Below are positions 19,223 to 30,072 of a stretch of 64,000 bases of DNA, in pieces. Within the stretch, counting starts at the first letter, position 1, and every line of letters begins with the position of its first letter. This stretch comes from Dehalococcoidia bacterium (GTDB lineage: Bacteria; Chloroflexota; Dehalococcoidia; Bin125). The notes beneath the pieces are model-generated. The model had not been told where the DNA came from. It made no database searches and saw only the letters and a program-made list of their open reading frames with translations. Location of the stretch: positions 975,685-1,039,684 of the forward strand of contig CBDCDO010000002.1 of assembly GCA_965215375.1 (NCBI GenBank), written 5' to 3'. The position numbers and the translations under genes are program-made.

Positions 19223-21064
19223 TTAGGTGCAATCGATTACGAGTCCAGAGAAGGCGATGCGGAGCCCACTGGGCGAGAACTCCGCCCGAGCTCCATGGTG
19301 GCAGATGTTTCCCGGTGCCAAGAGCGTATGAAGAACAGCGCCTGACTGCCGATCGATGAGGAGAAATGCAACTCTCACCCACCGCGAGCCATCCCAAGAG
19401 AGTCCGACACTAGGGAAGACAGAGAACCCAGCCTCATCGAACTCCATTGGATGCGTGAGCGTGCGTACCACGATCCAACGACCATCCGGCGAGACGTCGA
19501 CTGCGGAGCGAAAGCGGTCGAGGTCAGCTCCGGCGGGCAGCTCGGGCAATCCTGCATCGAAGTCCTCGCTGGAAGACTTCAACTCAGGAGGTTCTGACCC
19601 AGCCAGTCGTCGCTTCTGCGACGCGGGTTCATAGATCATCGTCTCGTCGTCGTTGGCTTGGAAGGTGAGGGTGGAGTCGCGCAGCCACGAACTGTTTCCA
19701 GCCAGCAACCCGCTCTGCGAACCATCCACCCCGAGGACGTAACTCCCGCCCATTTCTGTCCAATACCGAGACAGCAGGTATCGGGAGTCGGGGGACCATG
19801 CCAGAGACGGATCGCCGTCGTGGTGGGTGTATCCGCGCTGGTTGACGGCGGTAAACGTCATCGCTGCGGTTCCATCGGTCGGGAGGATCACGATGTCACG
19901 CGGAGCGTCGCCCGATCGCCAAGCGTTTCCCTCCGCCATGCCGAATGCTGCATATTGACCATCGGGCGAGAACCTCACCCATTGCGATTCCTCAAGTTTC
20001 GTGAGTTGACCGGTCGCCAGACTCCAGCGCCAGATGCCAGCGGAGTTAACACCGACAATGGTGTCGTCGTCGCGCCATCGCCAGCGACGGAAGTAAGGCG
20101 CTGAGTGATACGGCTCTTGTAGCGTTCCGTCGTCGCCGATGCTAAAGACGTCCGTCCGGGCACTGACAATGACTGGCACATCTTCCACTTCAACGCTGAG
20201 TTGCAAGCGGCTGCGCTCTGTCCAGAAGTATCCAAAAGTAAATTCTGGTGTGCGTAGTGCGATCCAGGTCGAGTCGTAAGTGCGACCCAGTATCGGATAG
20301 TGGCGCTCGTAGTCGCCACGGATGAGGATGGCGCCGGGCAGCTCAACTGGTGTCGCCAGTGCTGCCGTGCCGTACCAAGTGACCCGCGCTGTGGCGCGTA
20401 GTGCACCTGATTCGAGTAGCCCGTCTGCCTGTCCCATCGGGTTCCAGACGCCGATGCTTGGCCCGATGTACACCGGCAGCGGGCCAAGGGTCGGCAAGTC
20501 CAACAGGACGGGCTCTACGAAGACGGCCGCGAGCGCGTCCCCAGGCAAGCGAACCGCAATCCACTTACGGTCTTCAGATCGACCCAACACACTGACAACC
20601 AGCGAATCGCCGCCTGGCAACTCCACTTCCGCGATTGGGGGTTCAGGCGCCTCGACTTCCTGCAGTCTCCGAACTTCTGAGAACGGAAGCAATGCTTCGT
20701 CGTGCCGAACCCATTCGCCACGGTGTCCGCCACCTTGGATTGCCAGCCGAATCCAGATTTCACCGGTCTCCAGTTGGGCCCAACCTTCGGCAAACAGGAG
20801 AGCCTGTTTGCCATATGAATGCTCTGGTTGCCAAAGGCCACCGGGCCACTGGTAGACCGCCAGATCTCCAATCGTCCAGAACGGGATGAGTCCCAGGGTT
20901 TCTCCTTCAGGCTCATCCTGAACTTGCGGTGCAGGTTCAGCCACTGGCTCATCTGCGACTGCTAGTTCGGGCGCCTCATACGACGGCACCGCATCGTCTG
21001 AGCAGGCAATGATGGCGGTCATGCAAAGCAGGATTGTGGCGACGAGGAAGAGTTTCATACCCAT
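19223..21064 (-). CDS. Lipoprotein with PD40/TolB-like beta-propeller repeats
   Basis: 613 aa; signal plus lipobox (TAIIAC), repeated FSPDG/WSPD motifs, C-terminal ..IDCT. Confidence 0.7.
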   Translation of the reverse strand: MGMKLFLVATILLCMTAIIACSDDAVPSYEAPELAVADEPVAEPAPQVQDEPEGETLGLIPFWTIGDLAVYQWPGGLWQPEHSYGKQALLFAEGWAQLETGEIWIRLAIQGGGHRGEWVRHDEALLPFSEVRRLQEVEAPEPPIAEVELPGGDSLVVSVLGRSEDRKWIAVRLPGDALAAVFVEPVLLDLPTLGPLPVYIGPSIGVWNPMGQADGLLESGALRATARVTWYGTAALATPVELPGAILIRGDYERHYPILGRTYDSTWIALRTPEFTFGYFWTERSRLQLSVEVEDVPVIVSARTDVFSIGDDGTLQEPYHSAPYFRRWRWRDDDTIVGVNSAGIWRWSLATGQLTKLEESQWVRFSPDGQYAAFGMAEGNAWRSGDAPRDIVILPTDGTAAMTFTAVNQRGYTHHDGDPSLAWSPDSRYLLSRYWTEMGGSYVLGVDGSQSGLLAGNSSWLRDSTLTFQANDDETMIYEPASQKRRLAGSEPPELKSSSEDFDAGLPELPAGADLDRFRSAVDVSPDGRWIVVRTLTHPMEFDEAGFSVFPSVGLSWDGSRWVRVAFLLIDRQSGAVLHTLLAPGNICHHGARAEFSPSGLRIAFSGLVIDCT

Positions 21065-21114
21065 CAGACGTTATCGGCGGTCCATTCGTTCCCGATGGTC
21101 GCGGGTTCTGCCAA

Positions 21115-23379
21115 TCAGGTGCAGTCGTTGTCTTCGCCACTGAAGGCGAGCCACTGACCATCCGGCGAGAATGCGGCCGTGTGGCCTGCCGACCAACACT
21201 GATCGGGATTGGCGCGGAATCTCGCGACGATGCGGCCGGTCTCGATATCGATCAACCGATACTCACTGTTCCGCGGCCAGGGAGGCGTGATATATCCGGG
21301 ACGGGGCGGATAGATTGCCACTCCATCCTCGTCATACTCGTTGGTTCGGTACGTGCTTTGCGTCAGCAGGAGCCGACCATCGGGCGACCAATCGACGATC
21401 ATGTTCCAATCGTAGAAGCGCCGGTCGTCATTCTCGGGCACAGGTAGCGGCAACTGACTCGCGGTGCCAGTCGTGAGATCGAAGTGGAATCCTTGTGCGT
21501 CGGCGAAGACGACGGCGACTCGTTGGCCATCGGGGCTCCACTGGTAAGAGCGAACAAGCCAGTCGGTATCGTCCACACTCACGGAGACATCCGGCAACTC
21601 GACGGCGATGTGGCTCTCGGCGTCATAGACGACGGTAGAGGCGACCCCGTCGCTCACGGTTGCAAAGTGCACGAGATGGCCGTCGATGCGAAAGACTGGA
21701 CCGTCCGCTCCACTGTCCCTCCACTTGGGCTGATTCAACGGGGCGGGCAGCAATGTTGACTCTGACGTGGTCCAATCGGTGATTGTCCAACCGGGTTCGG
21801 ACGGGTCCCAGTGCAGGGATCGCGTTTGGTCGCCATACGAGTAGGAATCGGGCAGATCTGTCGGTTCTCGAAGCAATTCTCCATTAGCCGAGTAGACCGC
21901 GTATCCATCGGCCGTCTGCATGAGCAACGAGTTGCCAGAGAGCCATCGTCTGAAGGAGCCGGTCAATGCAGAATCGAACTGAGTCGCCGTTCCATCGAGG
22001 CTGAGCACGTTCGCGCCGGACCAGTCGTTCTCGTCGTATGAGTCGTACCAGGCCAGTAAGAACTGAGAGTCGGGCGACCAGATCAACGATGGATCTGCAT
22101 CATGATGGGTGAAGTAGGCAGCACCAGCGTCGACGAACGTGACTGATTCGCCGCTATCGACCTCAGTGATGGTGATATCGCGGGTGAGATCGCCGCTCTC
22201 GTAGTCGGGTCGAGTGCCGCTGGCGGCGAAGCGTCCGTCGGGCGAGAACACGACCCACTGTGGCGGCGCGAATTGAACCGGTTCAGCGTCGACGGCTGGA
22301 TCCCAGCGCCACAGGCCGTCGTTTGAGCCGATCAGAACGCCATCGGCGCGCCACTGCCAGTGATAGAGCCTCAGTGCGGTCGGGACCTGACCGTCGCCCG
22401 TCTGAACCTCGTTCGCGATCGACTCGTTCGTGATCTGAAGGAGCTCGGTCTCGCCGTTCAGCATGTAGGGCAACGTGGTCGGGTCGACGTTCAAGTTGAC
22501 GGAATCCAACTGAATCCATCCCACGGGCGGAACGAAGTCATCCATGCGAATCGCGAGCCACGCTTCGTCGAGCGAGCGACCCAACACGGCGTACTGCTTT
22601 GGCGGCATGCCGCCCCAGTTATCGCTGACTTGGTAGATGCGAAATCCGCTGGGGTCGCCATTGGGTCGGTCATAGATCTCTGCCCAATGGCGTGCTTCCA
22701 CGACGACGATGGGCGTTTCGTCCGGAGGCCTCCACTCACCGAACACGAAACCCTCATAGACAGGCAGCCAGTACCACTTCCGATCAAGTGATAAGTCCGA
22801 GGTAGACACCCACAACGGTTGATCGGAGCCCGGCAACAGCACAGCCAACTGTTGCTCGTCCGCTGACTGACCTAGCAGCGAGACCGTGATGGTTTCTCCG
22901 CCTGGCACATCCAGTTCTGCTGTGGGGAACTCGGGCGCCAGTACCCAAGGCAGCATTCGCGCTTCATCCAGACTGAGTGGAGTCTCGCGTTCACGAACCC
23001 AACCTTCGACGTTGTTGTTCATGTCGAGACGAAGCCAGAGTTCACCGTTCTCTGGGCGGGCTCGTCCATTGGCGAGCAGGAGCGTTCCCGCTCGATGACT
23101 CAGGAACGGCTGCCAGTCGTTGCCGGGCCACTGATAGATGTCGAGGTTGTCGGTCAGCCTGAACACGACCACACGATCGCGCTCGGGCTCGGCATCCTGT
23201 GCTGCTGCGGGTTCAGGCTCGGGCTCGGCCTCTGGCGATTCCGCAACTTCCGGCTCCGCCTCAACCGGGGCCGTCGCTTGCACGGTCTCGGGCTCGACGT
23301 AGACGGGCACCTCGTCGTCGGTGCATGCGGTGGCGAGAGCGATCGTGCACAGGAGGATTGTGACGACGAAGAGTCTCAT
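21115..23379 (-). CDS. Lipoprotein with PD40/TolB-like beta-propeller repeats (tandem paralog)
   Basis: 754 aa; lipobox (LATAC), shared N-terminal YQWPG..WQP motif and repeated (F/W)SPDG(R/Q) motifs, C-terminal ..NDCT. Confidence 0.7.
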   Translation of the reverse strand: MRLFVVTILLCTIALATACTDDEVPVYVEPETVQATAPVEAEPEVAESPEAEPEPEPAAAQDAEPERDRVVVFRLTDNLDIYQWPGNDWQPFLSHRAGTLLLANGRARPENGELWLRLDMNNNVEGWVRERETPLSLDEARMLPWVLAPEFPTAELDVPGGETITVSLLGQSADEQQLAVLLPGSDQPLWVSTSDLSLDRKWYWLPVYEGFVFGEWRPPDETPIVVVEARHWAEIYDRPNGDPSGFRIYQVSDNWGGMPPKQYAVLGRSLDEAWLAIRMDDFVPPVGWIQLDSVNLNVDPTTLPYMLNGETELLQITNESIANEVQTGDGQVPTALRLYHWQWRADGVLIGSNDGLWRWDPAVDAEPVQFAPPQWVVFSPDGRFAASGTRPDYESGDLTRDITITEVDSGESVTFVDAGAAYFTHHDADPSLIWSPDSQFLLAWYDSYDENDWSGANVLSLDGTATQFDSALTGSFRRWLSGNSLLMQTADGYAVYSANGELLREPTDLPDSYSYGDQTRSLHWDPSEPGWTITDWTTSESTLLPAPLNQPKWRDSGADGPVFRIDGHLVHFATVSDGVASTVVYDAESHIAVELPDVSVSVDDTDWLVRSYQWSPDGQRVAVVFADAQGFHFDLTTGTASQLPLPVPENDDRRFYDWNMIVDWSPDGRLLLTQSTYRTNEYDEDGVAIYPPRPGYITPPWPRNSEYRLIDIETGRIVARFRANPDQCWSAGHTAAFSPDGQWLAFSGEDNDCT

Positions 23380-23429
23380 GTCATTTGAGACGCCCGCACT
23401 GCTGGCAAGGTTCCCTACGGAGACCGTTG

Positions 23430-23625
23430 AATAACTCAGTTTCCCGTCCCCGCCCCCGAGCGGGGACCCGCTTTGGCAACGCCGGGGCTGCTCGGCCAGG
23501 ACTCGGTTGGCCAGATACCGGTGACAAACATGGCCGCCGGTCAGAGGCCAGGGAAGGAGCAGGCCCCCGCTCGGAGGCGGGGGCGGTTGAGGGGTGTTGC
23601 AAAGGTCTCCTACGTAAACAGCGCT
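23430..23625. repeat. Family-B GC-rich hairpin repeat block
   Basis: CCCGTCCCCGCCCCCGAGCGGGGACCC and CCCCCGCTCGGAGGCGGGGG palindromes between lipoprotein gene and prs. Confidence 0.5.
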
Positions 23626-24557
23626 CCGACCGAGTCTCCCTCGTGAATCCGACGAATCGCCTCTCCGAGCAGGGGGGCGATCGAGACGATCTCCAGGCCG
23701 CAGCCTGCTCCGTCGTTGGTGGGCGGCAGTGTGTCGGTCACCACCACCTTGCTGATCGGGCTCGCGGCCAGACGATCGATCGCCGGATCCGAGAGCACTC
23801 CGTGCGTCGCCGCCCCGTAAATCTCCTGCGCGCCCTCTTCGCGTAGCAGCTCGGCCACGTGGACGAGGGTGCCGGCGGTGTCGATTTCGTCGTCGATGAT
23901 CAGCACGTCGCGACCGTCGACCTCACCGATCAGTTGCATCACCTCGGCCTGATCCTCGTTGCCGCTGCGGCGCTTCTCGGCGATGGCGAGGCCGACGCCG
24001 AGCCGGTCGGCGGCGAGTCGGGCCCGTTTCGCCGAGCCCAGATCGGGCGCGACGACGACGCCGTCGAATCCCTGCTCCGCGAAGTGATCGATCAGTAGTC
24101 GCTGGCCGGTGAGCTCATCGGTGGGGATGTGAAAGAAGCCCTGGATTTGGCCGGCGTGGAGATCCATGGTGAGCATGCGGTCGGCGCCGGCGGTCTGCAT
24201 GAGGTCGGCGAAGAGCCGCGCCGTAATCGGGACGCGCGGCTGGTCTTTTTTGTCCGAGCGACCGTAGGCGAAGTAGGGCACAACCGCGGTTACGCGCCCA
24301 GCCGAGGCGCGACGGGCGGCGTCGATCATGATCAGCAGTTCGACCAGATGGTGATTGACCGGTCGGGCACCCGGCTGGATGAGGAAGACATCTCGCTCGC
24401 GGATGTTCTCGAGGAACTGGACAAACGTGTTGCCGTTGGCGAAGTCGAAGACGTTGGCGCAGCCGAGCTCGACGCCCAGCGCCGCACAGACGTCCTGCGC
24501 CAACTGGGGATGCGCGTTGCCCGTGAAGACGACTGGTTCTCCGACGTACCGACTCAT
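23610..24557 (-). CDS. prs: Ribose-phosphate pyrophosphokinase
   Basis: PRPP synthetase motifs (DLHAGQIQGFF, VLIIDDEIDTAGT); start taken at MSRYVG. Confidence 0.9.
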   Translation of the reverse strand: MSRYVGEPVVFTGNAHPQLAQDVCAALGVELGCANVFDFANGNTFVQFLENIRERDVFLIQPGARPVNHHLVELLIMIDAARRASAGRVTAVVPYFAYGRSDKKDQPRVPITARLFADLMQTAGADRMLTMDLHAGQIQGFFHIPTDELTGQRLLIDHFAEQGFDGVVVAPDLGSAKRARLAADRLGVGLAIAEKRRSGNEDQAEVMQLIGEVDGRDVLIIDDEIDTAGTLVHVAELLREEGAQEIYGAATHGVLSDPAIDRLAASPISKVVVTDTLPPTNDGAGCGLEIVSIAPLLGEAIRRIHEGDSVGALFT

Positions 24558-24891
24558 CCGGACACATCCTCGATTTGGGGGGCGACTTGACCTGGTCAAG
24601 CTAACTCACGTCGGTCCGACATGCCGCGCGGGATGCCAGTTGTCAAGGCTATACACCGATGAGCGGTGGAAACAGGTCGGCAGCGCTCGATCGCGCGTGC
24701 TTCGGCGTGGCCTCGCGCTCGTGGCGCAGAACGGAAATGACGGGGTTGGCGGATTATGCAAAGGCCTCTGGGTGGCGACGGTGGTCTGTTCAGTTCAGTA
24801 GATTACGCAGTGAGTCCAGGGCGACGTAATCGTCGCTTCGGTTGGCCTTGTCTGGTTGCAGTTCTGCCGATCCTTGCCTACGATGCAGTCG

Positions 24892-24918
24892 TTAGCACTC
24901 ACAGCGTGCGAGTGCTAA
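24892..24918 (+). promoter_or_regulatory. CIRCE operator (HrcA binding site) upstream of groES
   Basis: TTAGCACTC-N9-GAGTGCTAA perfect inverted repeat 75 bp upstream of groES start. Confidence 0.8.
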
Positions 24919-24992
24919 CAGGCGCTACGACGACGTAGCCACCTACACCAAGCAGCAAGAACGCAGCAGAGCAGAGATAGGAACTCAGAAAC

Positions 24993-25289
24993 ATGGCCAC
25001 CGAGCTTAAGCCGCTCAACGACCGCCTCGTGATCAAGCCGCTCCAGCAGGAGCAGGTGCTCTCTTCCGGCATCGTGATCCCTGACTCGGCCAAAGAGAAG
25101 CCGCAGCAGGGCGAAGTTGTCGCCGTGGGCCCAGGCAAGCGCGATGACGAAGGCGCCCGCATCCCGCTCGACATCGAACTCGGCGACCGCATCCTCTACA
25201 AGAAGTACACCGGCCAGGAAATTCAGATCGACAACGAAGATCTGATCGTGCTCGAAGAGCGCGAGGTCCTGGCCAAGCTGATCGTTTAG
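24993..25289 (+). CDS. groES: Co-chaperonin GroES
   Basis: 98 aa; MATELKPLNDRLVIKP.. Confidence 0.95.
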   Translation: MATELKPLNDRLVIKPLQQEQVLSSGIVIPDSAKEKPQQGEVVAVGPGKRDDEGARIPLDIELGDRILYKKYTGQEIQIDNEDLIVLEEREVLAKLIV

Positions 25290-26987
<1,698 letters not shown>

Positions 26988-27018
26988 GTCCACCTGTCCC
27001 AAACACAGGGTCAATCCA

Positions 27019-27050
27019 CAGCCCCGACTCATCGAGTCGGGGCTGTGTGT
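27019..27050 (+). terminator. Putative intrinsic terminator after groEL
   Basis: CAGCCCCGACTC-ATC-GAGTCGGGGCTG 12-bp perfect stem followed by TGTGTAT. Confidence 0.5.
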
Positions 27051-27059
27051 ATCCATCGG

Positions 27060-27640
27060 CAACATCGGGCGAGCGGCCCAGTCCAAACGCCCCCGAGCCA
27101 TCGACCCAGTTTCGGTTCCTCCTCGCGAGCAACACACTTCAATTCCCCCGCAGTTGCGGGGGTCTGCTTGGGGTTGGCGGTTGCACCTAGTCGGGCCGCC
27201 ACAACGGGGACGAGGGCAGGTCCCCGCTCGGGGGGAGGCCTTTGCATAATCTCTTTCCTCCCCCTGCAGGGGGAGGTGCTGAAGGCGGAGGGGGTCCTGC
27301 TCCGACAAGCCCTATCTGGTACCTGCGCCAGCAGGACCCCCTCAGTCGCTCCGCGACAGCTCCCCCTGCGAGGGGGAGCAAATGAATCAAAGGCCTCCTC
27401 GGGGGCGGGGACGGGATAACAGGGCACTAGCCGGTCCACACGCTAGCAATCAAGTCCAGTTCCCAAGTGCGAGCGACCCAGTTTCGGTTCCTCCTCGCGA
27501 GTAACCCACTGCAATTCCCCCGCGGATGCGGGGGTCTGCTCGAGGTCGGCGATTGCACCTAGTCGGGCCGCCACAACGGGGGCGAAGGCGGGTCCCCGCT
27601 CGGGGGCGGGGACGGGAAAACCAGCCGGCGGTGGGGGTGC
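27060..27640. repeat. Repeat block: two about 140-bp direct copies (27098-27232, 27477-27615) plus nested family-B hairpins
   Basis: CCCAGTTTCGGTTCCTCCTCGCGAG..AATTCCCCCGC(A/G)..GCGGGGGTCTGC..GCACCTAGTCGGGCCGCCACAACGGGG repeated about 90% identical; first copy followed by inserted CTCCCCCTGCAGGGGGAG element. Confidence 0.6.
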
Positions 27641-28866
27641 TAGCCGGTGGCGAGGTTTGTTGAGTTTAGGGCGTTGGCGGGATTGAGCTCTTGGAATGGA
27701 TCGGGGAACTCGAGCAGTCGCAGCCACGGCAGCGGATTGACCGTCACGCCGCGCACGACCATTTCCCAGTGCAGATGTGGGCCCGTCGCGAGACCGGTCG
27801 CTCCCATCCGACCGATCAGAGTGCCCTGCTCGACCACCGTTCCGGCGGTCTGTAAGACCTCGGACAGGTGGTAGTAGCCGCTGAACACGCCGAGGCCGTG
27901 ATCGACGATGATCCCGTTGCCTCGACGTCTGGTTCGTCCCGTCCAGCTGACGACCCCGCTGTTCGCAGCGCTCACGATTGAACCTGTCTCGCCGCCGAAA
28001 TCGATGCCGGTGTGGTACTCCTCAACTGGCCCGCCGTTGAACGAGCGCTGCTCGCCGTAGAGCGCGGTGATCTGACCCTCGGACGGTGGATCGAACACGC
28101 CGAGCCAGTGGAGCTGGGGTGTCAGTCGGGACTGATACGGATGCCGCATTGCGGAGTCTTCATCGCGGATGGTGGGCTCCAGCAGCGCGGCGTTTGGGCC
28201 GTCGATCTGGATGTTGTCGATCGTCCACTCGACACCCGTCACTTGGAGCACCGTCTCTTGCCAGAGCAGCTGTCGCCCGTTCGGTCCCCAGACGGATACG
28301 CCGAGCGACTGCGGACCAACCAAGGCGTTGGCGTCGATCCCGAAGAATCCGAGAAATCGGGTCTGATTTCGGAGGAGTGAGAAGGTTTGTCCTTGCCACG
28401 ACATCGAGGCGGCCTCGGCGCCTGGCGCCTCGACCAGCAGGAGCACCGTCTCGCCCTGCGAGGCTGGGCTTGGGATGACGTAGACGAGCGGTTCCGGCAA
28501 CTCCGCTGCGGGTTCCGACTGGGTTAGAGCGTTGGAAACCGTTTGCTGGCGCTCAGCGACCGCTTGCTGTTCTGGAGCAGCCTGGTCGGTTTGTCCCAGC
28601 GGGCTGTCCTCGCTGTTGGTCTGGCTGGCCTGGGAGGTGGACTGACGATCGGTCGCGAACGGATCGAGGTCGTCGCCGCCGCACGCGCTGAGCAGGACGC
28701 CCGCACCAGCGCCGACGATCGCCCGCAGAACCGTACGCCGGCTCAAGCGGATCGGTCGCGCTGACGGTTGTGTCACTCTGCGCCCGTGGGAGCGCTCGAC
28801 GGGATTCACGACCTCATCCTCAGCCGCTGAATTCGCTTCATCAACCAAATCACGCGTAGCTTGCAC
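27640..28866 (-). CDS. M23 family metallopeptidase, Tat-signal lipoprotein
   Basis: RRTVLRAIVGAGAGVLLSAC signal; C-terminal LytM motifs (HTGIDF, HLHWE). Confidence 0.8.
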   Translation of the reverse strand: MQATRDLVDEANSAAEDEVVNPVERSHGRRVTQPSARPIRLSRRTVLRAIVGAGAGVLLSACGGDDLDPFATDRQSTSQASQTNSEDSPLGQTDQAAPEQQAVAERQQTVSNALTQSEPAAELPEPLVYVIPSPASQGETVLLLVEAPGAEAASMSWQGQTFSLLRNQTRFLGFFGIDANALVGPQSLGVSVWGPNGRQLLWQETVLQVTGVEWTIDNIQIDGPNAALLEPTIRDEDSAMRHPYQSRLTPQLHWLGVFDPPSEGQITALYGEQRSFNGGPVEEYHTGIDFGGETGSIVSAANSGVVSWTGRTRRRGNGIIVDHGLGVFSGYYHLSEVLQTAGTVVEQGTLIGRMGATGLATGPHLHWEMVVRGVTVNPLPWLRLLEFPDPFQELNPANALNSTNLATG

Positions 28867-29083
28867 ACGATCGTCAGAATGCGTTGTTCGCCGACCTCGC
28901 GCAAGATCTCCAATGCACTGTACACATATGAGTTACGCTCTCAACAAGTGTCCTGACGGCCGATATCGGTGGTCGGGTTGGCGCGTTTGGGTCGAAGACG
29001 CCTGGACTGACGAGAGGTCCGCGATTCTGCGCCCGAACGATTACGTCGATTGAGCGGAAACTCTGCGAGCGGAGAGATCCCCG

Positions 29084-30034
29084 ATGGATGATCCCCGAAC
29101 CGTGCTCCTCAGTGTCGTGGCGAATGTCGAGCGTGTGATTCTCGGCAAGACCCCGGAAGTGCGGCAGGCGGTGATCGCCCTCGTCGCCGACGGACACCTG
29201 CTGATTGAGGACGTTCCTGGCACGGGCAAGACGATGCTCGCGCGGGCGCTCGCCGTCTCCACCGGTTGCACGTTCAATCGGATTCAGTTCACGCCCGACC
29301 TCTTGCCGTCGGACGTGACCGGCGTCTCTGTCTACAACCAGAAGACACAGGATTTCGAATGGCGACAGGGTCCGATCTATTCGCAGATCGTGCTCGCCGA
29401 TGAGATCAACCGTGCGACCCCTAAGACGCAGTCGGCGCTGCTCGAGGCGATGGAAGAGCGTCAGGTGACCGCCGATGGGGTGACCCGACAGTTGCCGCCG
29501 CCATTCATGGTGTTGGCGACCCAGAATCCGGTCGAGTACGAGGGCACGTTCCCGCTGCCCGAGGCACAGCTCGACCGCTTCCTGCTGCGCATCCATTTGG
29601 GATATCCCGACGCGAACGACGAAGTCGCGGTGCTCGAGGGTCAGCAGCAACAGCATCCGATTCAGGCGCTGGCGCCGGTCACGTCGCCCGAGGAAGTGCG
29701 CGAGATTCATCGCGTCGCTCGCGATATCTGGGTCGACCCGCAGCTCAAGCAGTATGCCGTGCAGTTGGTCGCAGCGACACGTTCGCACGAGGCGGTCTAT
29801 CTCGGGGCGTCGCCGCGAGGATCGCTGGCGCTGTTCCGCTGCGCGCAAGCCTCGGCGCTGTTGGCAGGTCGCGATTACGTGATCCCCGACGACATCAAGT
29901 CGCTGGCGCACCCTGCATTGGGACACCGCATCATCCTCAGTCCATCGGCGCAGGTACGTAATCAGGACGCGCGCACGGTGATCGATGATGTGTTGGAGCG
30001 CGTGGCCGTGCCCGGCGCTCGGGCGGCGTCATGA
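29084..30034 (+). CDS. MoxR-family AAA+ ATPase
   Basis: Walker A GTGKT, Walker B LADEINR, typical MoxR length (316 aa). Confidence 0.9.
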   Translation: MDDPRTVLLSVVANVERVILGKTPEVRQAVIALVADGHLLIEDVPGTGKTMLARALAVSTGCTFNRIQFTPDLLPSDVTGVSVYNQKTQDFEWRQGPIYSQIVLADEINRATPKTQSALLEAMEERQVTADGVTRQLPPPFMVLATQNPVEYEGTFPLPEAQLDRFLLRIHLGYPDANDEVAVLEGQQQQHPIQALAPVTSPEEVREIHRVARDIWVDPQLKQYAVQLVAATRSHEAVYLGASPRGSLALFRCAQASALLAGRDYVIPDDIKSLAHPALGHRIILSPSAQVRNQDARTVIDDVLERVAVPGARAAS

Positions 30035-30072
30035 CCTGCGCGACCAGCGCGGACGGTAGATCGGACTAACCC

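Noticed and set aside
28874-29926. 350-aa minus-strand ORF
   Set aside because: Antisense to the MoxR ATPase gene with Walker motifs on the plus strand.
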